This document shows positions 9,354 to 19,674 of a stretch of 45,519 bases of DNA, piece after piece. Position 1 is the first letter of the stretch. Every line of letters starts with the position of its first letter. Under the pieces are notes generated by a model. That model had not been told where the DNA came from. It did not search any database and saw only the letters and a program-made list of their open reading frames with translations. The stretch comes from Bacteriovoracaceae bacterium (GTDB lineage: Bacteria; Bdellovibrionota; Bacteriovoracia; Bacteriovoracales; Bacteriovoracaceae). Location of the stretch: the NCBI GenBank assembly GCA_041586955.1, contig JBFGZE010000017.1, positions 1-45,519 on the forward strand, written 5' to 3'. A program made the translations under genes and the position numbers.

Positions 9354-9560
9354 CTAGCATAAGCTGATAACCATTGGGTATTGACGGACAAATAAAAAAG
9401 CTCGAACGATTTCTTTTTGGATAAACATAGAAACGCGGGCACTGAACTGATCCCATTTCTTTAAGACAACTTCATCATCAACACCCATCAAATAAAAAGT
9501 ACCGGCCAAAAAGCTATGGTGGACTCTGTATGAATATTGATGTTTAATTAGCTTGATCAT
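9354..9560 (-). CDS. Small hypothetical protein
   Basis: 68 aa ORF with AAGGA RBS filling an intergenic gap; no recognisable family. Confidence 0.5.
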   Translation of the reverse strand: MIKLIKHQYSYRVHHSFLAGTFYLMGVDDEVVLKKWDQFSARVSMFIQKEIVRAFLFVRQYPMVISLC

Positions 9561-9722
9561 GGCCTTTTTCCTTGGTTAAAAATCCTTCCTTAACCTTTTC
9601 CTTGAGACCAATATAATGCTCCACCTCAATAAAATATACTTACGTTTTTATGAGTTTCCTTAACCAAGATAATTAAATCTAACACTTAAGTGGTCATTAA
9701 ATTAAACAAAAAGCATTTTCCA

Positions 9723-11042
9723 TTAAATAAGAGGTTTGCCCTTATACCATACTTGCTGAACCAATTGATCATAAAGGGCCCGGTCTTTACGGTGAGCACT
9801 CATTAATTTTTTGAGGAGAGATTCTGCATCTGCTAAAGGCTTCCCTTTGAGGTCTAAGGCTATAAAGTTGGCCCATTTACCAGGAGCAAGATTGCCATGA
9901 CTTTTTCCTTTTTCAAGAATTTTGGCACCGGCAAGAGTCGCCCGATAAAGACCCTTCACATATGTGGCCTCTGTTATTTTTTTGGCACGATTTTGCCGTA
10001 CGAAGGAGTCGATCACATCAATCATTGAGAGATAAGGACCGCCACCAATATCACTGCCGAGGGCCCAAGGAATACGATAGCTTTCGGCCTTTTTAAAATG
10101 AAAGAGACCACTGCCAAGCCCTCCCTGCTTGATAGGAGCATTGGAAGTTGGGCAATGTGCGATTGCAGCTTTAGATTTTTTAAGCTTTTTTAATTCTTCT
10201 TCACTTAAATAAATCCCATGGCCCATAATTGTTTTAGGGCCCAAAAGATTAACCTGATCATAAATATGAGTATAGGACTTGACCTTTTCAAAGCCAGAAA
10301 ACTCCTTATACATTCCCATCACATAATCACATTCGTTGGGAGTTTCGGCCAGGTGGGTTTGAATAAAGCTATTATGACGACGGGCGAGCTCTCCTGTCTT
10401 CTCCATCACTTCAGGGCAAGTAGTGGGAGCAAAGCGAGGAGTCACAGCGTAGCGGTTTTTAAATTTCTTTGCTAGCGATTGTACTAATTCTACCGCTTCC
10501 TTTTTTGATTGGGTTAAATAATCTGGTGAGTTCATCGTCATGAGAACATTTCCTAATATAAAATCTCCTTTAAAAGATTCCAGGGCATGCTCGACTGTAT
10601 GGCCATGAACAGAGGCATAACAAGCCCCTCCTAAAGTCCCGCAACGAATTAACTCATTGGCAAAACGGCGGGCGCGCTGCTTGGAGAAGGTCTTGGACTT
10701 GAATTTATGCTCATAGGGCCAAGTGTATTTGGATAACCAATTAAGAAGATTATCTTTAGGCATTAAACGCACATCATCTTGGACCCAATGAAAATGCATA
10801 TCGAAAAAGCTAGGAATAATCAGTTGATGAGAATGGTCTAAAACTTGTAAAGATCGTTTCGCTTTATAACGGGCCAAAATTTTGTCTCGTTTACCGCATT
10901 CAAGGAATTTATACTCACCCTTAGGTGTTCTTTTAAGAACAAGTGCACCAGAGGGCCAATAATCACATTTGGTATCTGATAGTGGGTTAATAATAGTCGC
11001 TAAAATAACCTTAAATAATGGTCGCACAAAAAAACTCCTCAA
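9723..11042 (-). CDS. guaD: Guanine deaminase (amidohydrolase); exact start uncertain
   Basis: DMHFHWVQ, TPRFAPT, QTHLAE, HCPTSN and LGSDIGGG motifs. Confidence 0.85.
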   Translation of the reverse strand: MRSFFVRPLFKVILATIINPLSDTKCDYWPSGALVLKRTPKGEYKFLECGKRDKILARYKAKRSLQVLDHSHQLIIPSFFDMHFHWVQDDVRLMPKDNLLNWLSKYTWPYEHKFKSKTFSKQRARRFANELIRCGTLGGACYASVHGHTVEHALESFKGDFILGNVLMTMNSPDYLTQSKKEAVELVQSLAKKFKNRYAVTPRFAPTTCPEVMEKTGELARRHNSFIQTHLAETPNECDYVMGMYKEFSGFEKVKSYTHIYDQVNLLGPKTIMGHGIYLSEEELKKLKKSKAAIAHCPTSNAPIKQGGLGSGLFHFKKAESYRIPWALGSDIGGGPYLSMIDVIDSFVRQNRAKKITEATYVKGLYRATLAGAKILEKGKSHGNLAPGKWANFIALDLKGKPLADAESLLKKLMSAHRKDRALYDQLVQQVWYKGKPLI

Positions 11043-11216
11043 CTTTAAACGAAAAATTGTTTTAACAGAGTAATTGAGCTTTTTAAAGCAGGTTTCTTAT
11101 AATCTCAATTGATCTTTTTATCGAGCTCTCACCTCCAAGTTATTTAAGGAACTTATAATGCTCTTCTCTATTAAGGATGCAGTATTTTCCCACCGGCAAA
11201 ATTTCTCATTCAACTT

Positions 11217-11243
11217 TAAAGGCCCTGCCCAGGACACCGAAAA
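11217..11243 (+). promoter_or_regulatory. sigma28 (FliA)-like promoter
   Basis: TAAA-N15-ACCGAAAA, 40 bp before ATG 11284. Confidence 0.5.
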
Positions 11244-11283
11244 ATGAAAATAAGGTCTACGTTTAGGCCTTGGGGACTTCATT

Positions 11284-11661
11284 ATGACAATACGATTCAA
11301 AGAATTTATTTCTTTTCTACTCCTTATAACCATGGTGTTTGGCCTCGGCCAATTAGATGCGAAAATGTTGGGCGAATACTGGAGTAAACAAGAAAAAAAT
11401 ATTTCCTTAGAAAAAATACAACCCCTGCAATACTCGCGCAAAGGGTCTGCCCAAAAGATTTTTTTCTATGGACGCCAGTCCAAGGGAAAATCAAACTCTC
11501 CATTTCAAATTAATAATGGCCAACTTATTGTCGGCGCCGATTGGTATTTTCATGCTCGCTATTTTGCGACGGCCAAATTAAACTATGATTATTTAACAAA
11601 TAATGATGGCCAACCTTTAGATGGGTTTGGTCTCACAGCTGCTCTTGGTTATTCATGGTAA
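11284..11661 (+). CDS. Secreted hypothetical protein, possible small outer-membrane beta-strand protein
   Basis: Signal peptide; C-terminus GLTAALGYSW resembles a beta-signal. Confidence 0.7.
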   Translation: MTIRFKEFISFLLLITMVFGLGQLDAKMLGEYWSKQEKNISLEKIQPLQYSRKGSAQKIFFYGRQSKGKSNSPFQINNGQLIVGADWYFHARYFATAKLNYDYLTNNDGQPLDGFGLTAALGYSW

Positions 11662-12185
11662 AAAAAGTTCAATTAAGACCGTTCAACCCAATCAATAAGT
11701 CCCTTCGGCTAAATGTTGAACTTCAAATTGAAGATAATTGTTTAACATTGACCTATGACCTATATGACCCAGAGAATCTCATTCTCATTCCCTATCCCGA
11801 GTCGCCAACCACCAGAGTCATTGGTTTATGGGAGTCTACTTGCTTTGAGCTTTTTATTCGCGAGAAGAGAGAAGATCATTATTTTGAATTTAATTTTTCG
11901 TTTAAAGAAAAATGGAATTGTTTTTATTTTCCCAAACCGAATGCTCATCTAACTGAATGGCCAACAGATTTACTCCCCTCCATATCGCGTCTCACTCCAC
12001 ATCAATTAGAAGTCAATATACCTCTCTCTATTTTTAAAAAAGGTTTTTGGCAACCAGGTCGCATGCAATTAGGGATTAGTGCCGTTTTAGAAGACTTACA
12101 AGGTGACTTGAGTTATTGGGCCCTTGCCCATCCTGATAATAAACCCAATTTCCACCACTTTGATTCCTTCCTTATAAACTTATAA
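11655..12185 (+). CDS. DOMON-like domain protein
   Basis: LWESTCFELFI, YFEFNFS and LSYWALAHP..KPNFH motifs. Confidence 0.8.
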   Translation: MVKKVQLRPFNPINKSLRLNVELQIEDNCLTLTYDLYDPENLILIPYPESPTTRVIGLWESTCFELFIREKREDHYFEFNFSFKEKWNCFYFPKPNAHLTEWPTDLLPSISRLTPHQLEVNIPLSIFKKGFWQPGRMQLGISAVLEDLQGDLSYWALAHPDNKPNFHHFDSFLINL

Positions 12186-12456
12186 TCAGTCATTAACTCT
12201 GAAGTCCACTAAACAAAATCATTTACTCTCACGACAAAAGCGCAGCTAAATGCTTAATTTAATAAATACTCCTTTATCACATGAAACGGGATATTACCTG
12301 ACTTTAAATTAGACACTTTATAGCAAGAAAGGAAAGTTTTTCAAAAAATGTATTTTCAACCAAAAAATCTTTTACCTTTAATTAATATAAACATCGCGAT
12401 ATCGATCCACGGTTGAAAGGCACTGCTATGGGGAGAATATCCGTTTTAGGGATTTT

Positions 12457-13569
12457 ATGAAAAAGATTATTTTTTGCATTTTATTTTATAGCTCATTATT
12501 TGCTACAGAGACAAACCATCAGTTTCAAGTAATAAAAGAGAAAACTTATGCTGATCAAAGCTCTGGAGTTGGCACACTAAGTAATTATCAAATCTCACCC
12601 CTTAGTCAAATTATGACTAAAGACCAATTTAATAATTTAAATCATAATAATCTCCCCAACTATTTCTCAAAGAATCCAAGTTCTCAAAGAGGCCTTGCTT
12701 ATCGTAAAAAGGTACGTGCTAATATTCTAACTATTGATACGAGAGATCAAAAAGCATGTACTGCAATTCAAGATAAATTAAGTACTCATTATCCACAGAA
12801 CGATTATCAGGATCTCTGTGTTCAAGACGAAGAAAAACCTTTCACTTCTGTGGTCATAACAAGTCCTGAAACAACAGAATATAGAACTTATTTAAATAAA
12901 AATTTCATCAATATCGATCCTAAATACGGCGAGCTGGCAAAACAAACACGAAATCTAGCAGGTCTTGGATTATTGACCATAGGCTTCATTTACGCGCTTC
13001 CTGAGGACGTTTCAAATTGGGATCGGAGTGATTTCAAAAATCTCGGAAAAAATTGGTCTAAAAACGTTAAGGAAGGCCCGGTCGTTGATAAAGATGATTG
13101 GTTTCTCAATTATATAGGACATCCAATCTCCGGCGCCGCTTACCACTTGGTTGCCAGAAATGCTGGCCTTGGAGCTTGGCAATCGTTTGGCTATTCAGTG
13201 TTTATGTCTACCTTTTTCTGGGAATATGGACTCGAAGCATTTGCAGAAACTCCAAGTATTCAAGACCTAATACTAACCCCGGTCATTGGCTCCTTATTGG
13301 GAGAAGTTTTCTATCAAAGCATATCAAAGATTGATGCCAACGATGGAAAGCTTTGGGGCTCTAAGCGAATGGGTAGGATTGCCAAAAATGTCATGAACCC
13401 TGCAGAGCCTATGCTTAGGTGGGTTAATGATAAGGTTTTTGACAAAGAAGTTATCAAATCCGCAAAAACCTATTTCTATATGAAAGATCCAGGCACAAGG
13501 GAAATCAACAATCCAGAGTTTGTATCTTCGTCATCTGAGGTCGGTATTGGCATTGAATTGAAATTTTAA
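12457..13569 (+). CDS. DUF3943 domain secreted/outer-membrane protein
   Basis: Signal peptide; DDWFLNYIGHP..GAAY..AR and WEYGLEAFAETPSIQDLILTP..GSLLGE; terminal Phe. Confidence 0.85.
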   Translation: MKKIIFCILFYSSLFATETNHQFQVIKEKTYADQSSGVGTLSNYQISPLSQIMTKDQFNNLNHNNLPNYFSKNPSSQRGLAYRKKVRANILTIDTRDQKACTAIQDKLSTHYPQNDYQDLCVQDEEKPFTSVVITSPETTEYRTYLNKNFINIDPKYGELAKQTRNLAGLGLLTIGFIYALPEDVSNWDRSDFKNLGKNWSKNVKEGPVVDKDDWFLNYIGHPISGAAYHLVARNAGLGAWQSFGYSVFMSTFFWEYGLEAFAETPSIQDLILTPVIGSLLGEVFYQSISKIDANDGKLWGSKRMGRIAKNVMNPAEPMLRWVNDKVFDKEVIKSAKTYFYMKDPGTREINNPEFVSSSSEVGIGIELKF

Positions 13570-13769
13570 AGAGTGCCGACTTGTTTGAAATGGGCCAGTT
13601 GGATTATTGCCTGGCCATTAGTGTCTTTGCCTCAAAGTCACCTTTCCAGATAGCTATCTGAAATTTAAGATATTTTTCTCAATTCATCCTCGTTGATACC
13701 CATTCCACGGGAACAAAAGATTTATCTGCGGCTTTGACTCTTTCTTTTATTCCTTGTAAATTGGGGGGC

Positions 13770-14981
13770 ATGAAAGGCCCCATTACCGCATCTCTCATTT
13801 TTATATTTCTCTTTGGCTGTAGTACCCAAAGTCCACTTTTGATTCCTCAAAAAATTCGTGTTGTTCATTATAATATAAAAGAATTAGATACCCAGAAATT
13901 GATGGATCCACCCGCCCAATTGCAAGCGGCCAAAAATATTTTGGCACCTCATTCATTTGATGTCTTATCAATTAATGAAATGCAATATGATTTACCCGGC
14001 GTGCCAGATCGCCAACATATGACGAAAGGTCTTAACGCCCAGCGGTTTATTAATTATATACGGCCCGGAGAAAAATTTAATATTAGCTTTGATCCCGCCA
14101 ATACTGGCCGACGCGCTCGGCCCACTAAGGGTAGCTACCCTTCTTCTGGACATAAGGCCTCCCGCCAAAAAGCAGACCCCGTTAACTTTGGCCTTTTTCC
14201 CGCTCAATACTCTACCGCGGCATTTTCTCGTTACCCTATTATTAAAAAGATTGAATTGCATGACCTCCCTTGGAAAGCGTTTAATCCCAATGCCCCCATT
14301 CATCTTTTCCGTGATGCAAATGGCAAAGCGCTCCCACCTCAAATTGCTCTCTTTGATAAAAACTTTACTCACCTGATTGTTAAAGGACCCCGTGGCCCTC
14401 TCCATTTAATCTTTTTTCATGCTGTACCTGCCTTTCATTTTGGTAATAAAAAGAGTCCTAATTATGAACGCAATCGCGATCAAATGCGTTTTCTAGAATG
14501 GTATGTCAGCGGCCAAACTAATTTTCAAGTGCGCTTACCATGGACATATAATCACATTAAGCCTTTAGGCCGGGATGACGTTTTTATTGCCATGGGCGAT
14601 TTTAACGTTGATATAAACGACAATAATAAGGGTGGCCTTGTTCTCCAACGCCTAGGAAAAGTGCACCAAATTTGGCCAAATACAAAAGACTATACTAATG
14701 AAGCACCGCACTTTGGGAGGAGGCCACTACGCCTACTGCTCGATTACTTTCTCTTCTCTCATCATCTAAAACTGACTGACGCCAAGATATTACGCCCAAT
14801 TGCTGCTCGTCAGGAATTGGGTTGTCCTAAACAACCGCCCGCTAACAATAGTATCCATGGCAATATCGTTCGCTATAACGATCAAAATAAAATATGCTAT
14901 GCATCAGTGCAACGCCGTTTTTACCAGGCCAAGATGGCCTCAGACCATTTCCCATTAATCGGTGAATTTCACTACCGCTAA
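13770..14981 (+). CDS. Endonuclease/exonuclease/phosphatase (EEP) family lipoprotein
   Basis: ATG 13770 gives lipobox LFGC; HYNI, INE..YD, GDFN, LDY and SDHFP motifs. Confidence 0.88.
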   Translation: MKGPITASLIFIFLFGCSTQSPLLIPQKIRVVHYNIKELDTQKLMDPPAQLQAAKNILAPHSFDVLSINEMQYDLPGVPDRQHMTKGLNAQRFINYIRPGEKFNISFDPANTGRRARPTKGSYPSSGHKASRQKADPVNFGLFPAQYSTAAFSRYPIIKKIELHDLPWKAFNPNAPIHLFRDANGKALPPQIALFDKNFTHLIVKGPRGPLHLIFFHAVPAFHFGNKKSPNYERNRDQMRFLEWYVSGQTNFQVRLPWTYNHIKPLGRDDVFIAMGDFNVDINDNNKGGLVLQRLGKVHQIWPNTKDYTNEAPHFGRRPLRLLLDYFLFSHHLKLTDAKILRPIAARQELGCPKQPPANNSIHGNIVRYNDQNKICYASVQRRFYQAKMASDHFPLIGEFHYR

Positions 14982-15111
14982 TTTCAATTAATTTTTTATC
15001 CAAGCATCGCCGTCAAACTTGACAAGAGAACTAAATAGTTAAATTATCAGAGATATTTTTAATATTTTATTTTTGTAATATTTGGAATATCAAAAAACAA
15101 GGACTAGTTTT

Positions 15112-15762
15112 ATGCAGAAGACGGATCTCTCTGCAATCATTGATAAGCAATTATTAGATGAGCTTCCCATCTTTGAAACTTTTTTTAAAAAAATTGGTTT
15201 TAAAAGAATAGAGGGTGCCATTTATGGCCTTTTGGTTTTGGCCGATAAAGGCCTTTCCAGTGAGGAGATCGAACATGCCCTCAACCTATCCCAATCTGCC
15301 GTTAGCCAGGCCCTCAAAAACCTCACTCATTTTGGTGCCATTGAAACTTATAATGACCGTGAAAGCCGAGTCAAAATTCATACCGCCAAGGCCGATAGCT
15401 TAAGTATCGTCGCCACCATTTTTCGCAAGCGCGAGCAAGAAATGATTGTCGAGTTTAAATCCATGGCCAAGCGCCTTCTCGCTAAAGAAAAACACCCAGG
15501 CGGCCTGCGCTCTCAAAAGTTACAATCCATTGTCCAAACCTGTGATATGGCAGAATTAGTGATGAACTTTGTCATGCAGATGGCGCAACATCCTTTAAGT
15601 GACCGCAATCAAGACCTTTTAAATAAATTTACAACAACCATGGAATTATTATCAAAGGGAATCGACCCCATAGGCAATAAAGCGATCGAAGTCGCACAGG
15701 ATATTAAGTCCAAGATGGGCCATAAGCTAAAGGAAGGCCTATGGCGAGTAATAGGAGAATAG
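15112..15762 (+). CDS. GbsR/MarR-family winged-helix regulator heading the lipid operon
   Basis: GFKRIEGAIYGLL...LSSEEIEHALNLSQSAVSQALKNL; ATG 15112 after AAGGA; 3 bp before fabF. Confidence 0.85.
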   Translation: MQKTDLSAIIDKQLLDELPIFETFFKKIGFKRIEGAIYGLLVLADKGLSSEEIEHALNLSQSAVSQALKNLTHFGAIETYNDRESRVKIHTAKADSLSIVATIFRKREQEMIVEFKSMAKRLLAKEKHPGGLRSQKLQSIVQTCDMAELVMNFVMQMAQHPLSDRNQDLLNKFTTTMELLSKGIDPIGNKAIEVAQDIKSKMGHKLKEGLWRVIGE

Positions 15763-15765
15763 AGA

Positions 15766-16989
15766 ATGGATCGAATTGTGATTACTGGAGTTGGCCTCAC
15801 CTCTCCCATAGGAAATAACCTAAAAGATATGCGAGAAAATCTTTTAGCAGGTAAATCTGGCGTGCAAATATCTGATGTCCGCCATATGGGCCCTTTACCG
15901 GCCGGCCTTTGCCAATTCGATGAAAGTAAATACCTCTCCAAGAAAATGAGACGCAGAGGAACACGCGCTGGCTCTATTTCTGTTTATTGCGCTAACCAGG
16001 CCATTGAAGATTCCAGCTACCCTTTCGACAATGTCGATAAAGACCGAGTCGGCATTTACCTTGGAATTACAGAGCATGGGAATGTTGAAACAGAAAATGA
16101 AATTCACGAATTATACCAAAATGATCTGAATACAGATTATTGGTCCCATCACCATAACCCTCGAACTGTCGCCAATAACCCCGCTGGAGAAGTAAGTCTT
16201 AATTTAGGAATCACAGGGCCCGCCTACACCATCGGCGCAGCTTGTGCTGCCGGCAATATGGGCCTCATTCATGGCCTGCAAATGCTACGTGCGGGGGAAG
16301 TGGATATGGCCCTTTGTGGAGGTATCTCCGAGAGTGCTGCGACCTTTGGTATCTTTGCCGCTTTTAAAGCTCAAGGAGCATTGGGAGCAAATGAAGACCC
16401 TGCACTCGCCTGTCGCCCCATGGACAAAGATCGCAATGGTATTGTGGTTTCCGAAGGTGGATGTATCTATACCCTTGAACGCCTGGAAGACGCCCAAAAA
16501 CGAGGCGCCAAAATTTATGGCGAAATCATTGGTCATTATGTCAATTCCGACGCCACAGACTTTGTCCTGCCCAATACCGAACGCCAAATCGAATGCATCC
16601 AAAAGGCCTTAAACCGCGCCCAATTATCACCGGCGCAAATCGATATCGTGAATATGCATGCCACTGGTACGGCAATGGGCGATATTCAAGAATGCCAGGC
16701 CGTCGCCCAGGTCTTCGACGACGCCCCTCATACTTCAGTCAACGCGACAAAGGCCCTTATTGGTCACTGCATGGGTGCTGCTGGTGCTTTGGAATTGGCC
16801 GGTAACCTACCCAGCTTTGAAGATGGAATAGTTCATGCTTGCCATAATATTAAAAGCCTCGATCCAGAGTGCGCTATCCGCGGTTTAGTCGTTGGTGAAA
16901 ATCAAGAAAAAGAAGTTAATGTCATTCTCAATAATTCCTTCGGAATGCTGGGGATTAATTCATCTATAATTATCAAAAAGTTTAACTAG
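15766..16989 (+). CDS. fabF: Beta-ketoacyl-ACP synthase (FabF/FabB type), specialised paralog
   Basis: Cys-His-His triad: AACAAG, MHATGT, KALIGH; NNSFG. Confidence 0.92.
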   Translation: MDRIVITGVGLTSPIGNNLKDMRENLLAGKSGVQISDVRHMGPLPAGLCQFDESKYLSKKMRRRGTRAGSISVYCANQAIEDSSYPFDNVDKDRVGIYLGITEHGNVETENEIHELYQNDLNTDYWSHHHNPRTVANNPAGEVSLNLGITGPAYTIGAACAAGNMGLIHGLQMLRAGEVDMALCGGISESAATFGIFAAFKAQGALGANEDPALACRPMDKDRNGIVVSEGGCIYTLERLEDAQKRGAKIYGEIIGHYVNSDATDFVLPNTERQIECIQKALNRAQLSPAQIDIVNMHATGTAMGDIQECQAVAQVFDDAPHTSVNATKALIGHCMGAAGALELAGNLPSFEDGIVHACHNIKSLDPECAIRGLVVGENQEKEVNVILNNSFGMLGINSSIIIKKFN

Positions 16990-17002
16990 GAAAGGAGTTA
17001 AA

Positions 17003-17251
17003 ATGGAAACGACTGCTGTAAGACAAAAAGTTCTCGATATTATTGCCGATGTGGCCATTGATGAGGATGTAACAAATATCGAAGATGGAGTTGCCTTACG
17101 AGATCAACTAGACCTTGATTCCATGGACTTTCTCGATATTGTGATGGAATTAAAAAAACGCCATAAGATTGAAGTTCCCCAAGAGGATTATCCTCAATTG
17201 GCGTCAATGAACTCTTGTGTTGAGTACCTCACTCCAAAATTTCAACAATAA
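17003..17251 (+). CDS. Acyl carrier protein, pathway-dedicated
   Basis: 82 aa; LDSMD phosphopantetheine site; AAGGAG RBS. Confidence 0.93.
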   Translation: METTAVRQKVLDIIADVAIDEDVTNIEDGVALRDQLDLDSMDFLDIVMELKKRHKIEVPQEDYPQLASMNSCVEYLTPKFQQ

Positions 17252-17258
17252 TTTAAAA

Positions 17259-18638
17259 ATGGTAAAAGAATATGATTGCCTCATTATTGGGGCGGGAATG
17301 TCTGGCATGGCCGCGGGTATCCGCTTGGCCATGTTTGGCAAAAAAGTGGCCATTCTAGAAAAACACTCCATAAGTGGAGGACTTAATTCCTATTACCAAA
17401 GAGGTAAACGCCAATTTGATGTGGGTCTCCACGCCATGACCAACTTCGCGGCAAGAGGAGAAAGAAGAAGGCCGTTAACAAAGCTACTTAAGCAATTACG
17501 AATTTCCCACGATCAATTGCAATTGCAACAGCAACAGCATTCGGTCATTCACTTTCCGGACGCCCAATTAAAATTTTCAAATGATTTCGATCTTTTCAGA
17601 GATAGTATTCATACCCACTTCCCCTCACAAGTTGATGGCCTTAATCAATTGCTTAAGACAATAGAGGCCTTTAATGAAACGGCCCTCGATAACCCCTACC
17701 AAAGTGCGAAACAAGTAGTTAGCACATATATCAAGGATGAGCGACTTCTAGAGATGATATTTTGTCCCCTCCTGATTTATGGATCAGCATGGGAAGAGGA
17801 TATGGACTTCTCCCAATTTGTTATTATGTTTAAGAGTATTTTTCTTGAAGGTTTTTGCCGACCTGAAGGCGGAGTGAGAACAATCATTGACCTTTTACTC
17901 GCAAAGCTTAAAGAAGTTGACTGCCCTATCCATTATAAAACAGGTGTCGCCAAAATTAAAACCCATCAGGGAAAGGTGGTTTCAATCATCACCAACAAAG
18001 GAGAGGAATTAAAAACCAAACAAATTCTTTCCAGTGCAGGTTTTCCCGAAACGATGAACCTTATTGACCAAAACACCAATAACCAACCTCGAATTGGACG
18101 ATTAGGATTTACAGAATCTATTCTGATATCACCCACCCGCCCACGAGATTATGATTTAAATACCACTATTATATTTTATAATAATAGTCCCAAATACTAT
18201 TATAAAAGACCCGACTCCCTTTTTGATGGCAATAGTGCCGTTATTTGTTTGCCCAATAATTTCCAAAATCATAACTATGGGGAAGGTGTTTACCGCATTA
18301 CCCATATGGCGAATTATCATCGTTGGAAAGATTTAGAGCGCAAAGAATATTTACAAGAAAAAGAAAAGGTTTTTGAGTTTGATAAAGGCCTATTAGCTCA
18401 ATTAATACCTAACTTTAAAGACGATATTTTATTTAAAGATGTCTTTACCCCGACAACAATTGAACGCTATACCGGACATTTTAATGGTACAGTCTATGGC
18501 TCTCCCGATAAGTCGCGGGACGGTCGCACTCCCATTGAGGGTCTTAACCTATGTGGCACAGACCAAGGCTTCTTAGGAATAATTGGCGCTATGCTCAGTG
18601 GCATTTCCATGGCAAATTACCATGGCCTAATGGATTGA
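17259..18638 (+). CDS. Phytoene desaturase (CrtI)-like FAD oxidoreductase A
   Basis: IIGAGMSG, LEKH...GG, FDVGLH and TPTTIERYT...GTVYG; ATG 17259 follows the ACP stop. Confidence 0.88.
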   Translation: MVKEYDCLIIGAGMSGMAAGIRLAMFGKKVAILEKHSISGGLNSYYQRGKRQFDVGLHAMTNFAARGERRRPLTKLLKQLRISHDQLQLQQQQHSVIHFPDAQLKFSNDFDLFRDSIHTHFPSQVDGLNQLLKTIEAFNETALDNPYQSAKQVVSTYIKDERLLEMIFCPLLIYGSAWEEDMDFSQFVIMFKSIFLEGFCRPEGGVRTIIDLLLAKLKEVDCPIHYKTGVAKIKTHQGKVVSIITNKGEELKTKQILSSAGFPETMNLIDQNTNNQPRIGRLGFTESILISPTRPRDYDLNTTIIFYNNSPKYYYKRPDSLFDGNSAVICLPNNFQNHNYGEGVYRITHMANYHRWKDLERKEYLQEKEKVFEFDKGLLAQLIPNFKDDILFKDVFTPTTIERYTGHFNGTVYGSPDKSRDGRTPIEGLNLCGTDQGFLGIIGAMLSGISMANYHGLMD

Positions 18639-18645
18639 TAAACTT

Positions 18646-19674
18646 ATGAAATATAATAATGTGGTCATAGAGGCCATCGATTATGTTGTACCAGAAACTC
18701 GCCTTACGAGCGATGCCCTAGAGGCGCAATTGGCCCCCCTTTATGATCGGCTTAAATTGCCTTATGGCCGCTTGGAATTAATGACAGGAATTAAGGCCCG
18801 CCGTTTTTGGCCTAGTGGAACTTTTCCGAGTCATATCGCCTCCCAGGCCGGCAAAAAAATACTTGATGAAAAAAATGATCGCAAAGAGCAAATTGATCTT
18901 CTGATTCACGCTTCAGTTTGCCGCGACTTTTTGGAGCCAGCATCTGCCTCTGTTTCCCATAAAATTTTGGGGCTCAAAGACGAATGCATGTTTTTTGATC
19001 TCTCTAATGCTTGCCTTGGAGTCGTTAATTCCATGGCGGTTGCTGCGGATATGATCGAAAAGGGTTCTATTAAAAAGGCCCTAATCCTTTCAGGTGAAAA
19101 CGGTGGACCTTTAGTAGAAAAAACAATTGCAGAGTTATTAAGTCGTAATGACCTGAATCGTAAGAATATAAAATCCTATATTGCCAATTTAACAATTGGC
19201 TCTGCTGGCGTAGCGGTTCTACTCTCCCATAATTCATTGGCACAAGGTCCACGTTTAACTGGAGGAGTTGTTTATTCTGATTCCGCCTCCAACCATCTAT
19301 GCCGTGGTGATGGCGATGTTCAAGGTCTAAGTATGCATACCGACTCCGAGGCCCTTTTAAAAGCGGGTATTACCCTCACTCAAAAGACCTGGAAGAAAGC
19401 TCAAAGCGAATTAGATTGGACGCATGAACAATTCAATTGGGTCCTAGGCCATCAAGTTGGTAAGGCCCACCAAGAGCAAGTCTTAAAAGGACTCGACTTT
19501 CATCAACACCCAACTTTTACCACTTATGAAGAGTTTGGGAATACTGGATCTGCAGCTCTGCCGTTAACCTTGGCAAAACTCAAAGAAACAAATCAAATCA
19601 AAAATGGTGATCAATTATTATTAGTGGGAATTGGCTCCGGCCTCTCTTCCATTATGCTAGGAGTTGAATGGTGA
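18646..19674 (+). CDS. oleA: OleA, head-to-head acyl condensing enzyme (thiolase/FabH fold)
   Basis: Catalytic residues in LEPAS, NACLG, GHQVG and GNTGS; first gene of oleABCD synteny. Confidence 0.9.
   Translation: MKYNNVVIEAIDYVVPETRLTSDALEAQLAPLYDRLKLPYGRLELMTGIKARRFWPSGTFPSHIASQAGKKILDEKNDRKEQIDLLIHASVCRDFLEPASASVSHKILGLKDECMFFDLSNACLGVVNSMAVAADMIEKGSIKKALILSGENGGPLVEKTIAELLSRNDLNRKNIKSYIANLTIGSAGVAVLLSHNSLAQGPRLTGGVVYSDSASNHLCRGDGDVQGLSMHTDSEALLKAGITLTQKTWKKAQSELDWTHEQFNWVLGHQVGKAHQEQVLKGLDFHQHPTFTTYEEFGNTGSAALPLTLAKLKETNQIKNGDQLLLVGIGSGLSSIMLGVEW

Noticed and set aside
15019..15047. sigma70 promoter from TTGACA before the regulator
   Set aside because: Perfect -35 but no convincing -10 at 16-18 bp spacing.
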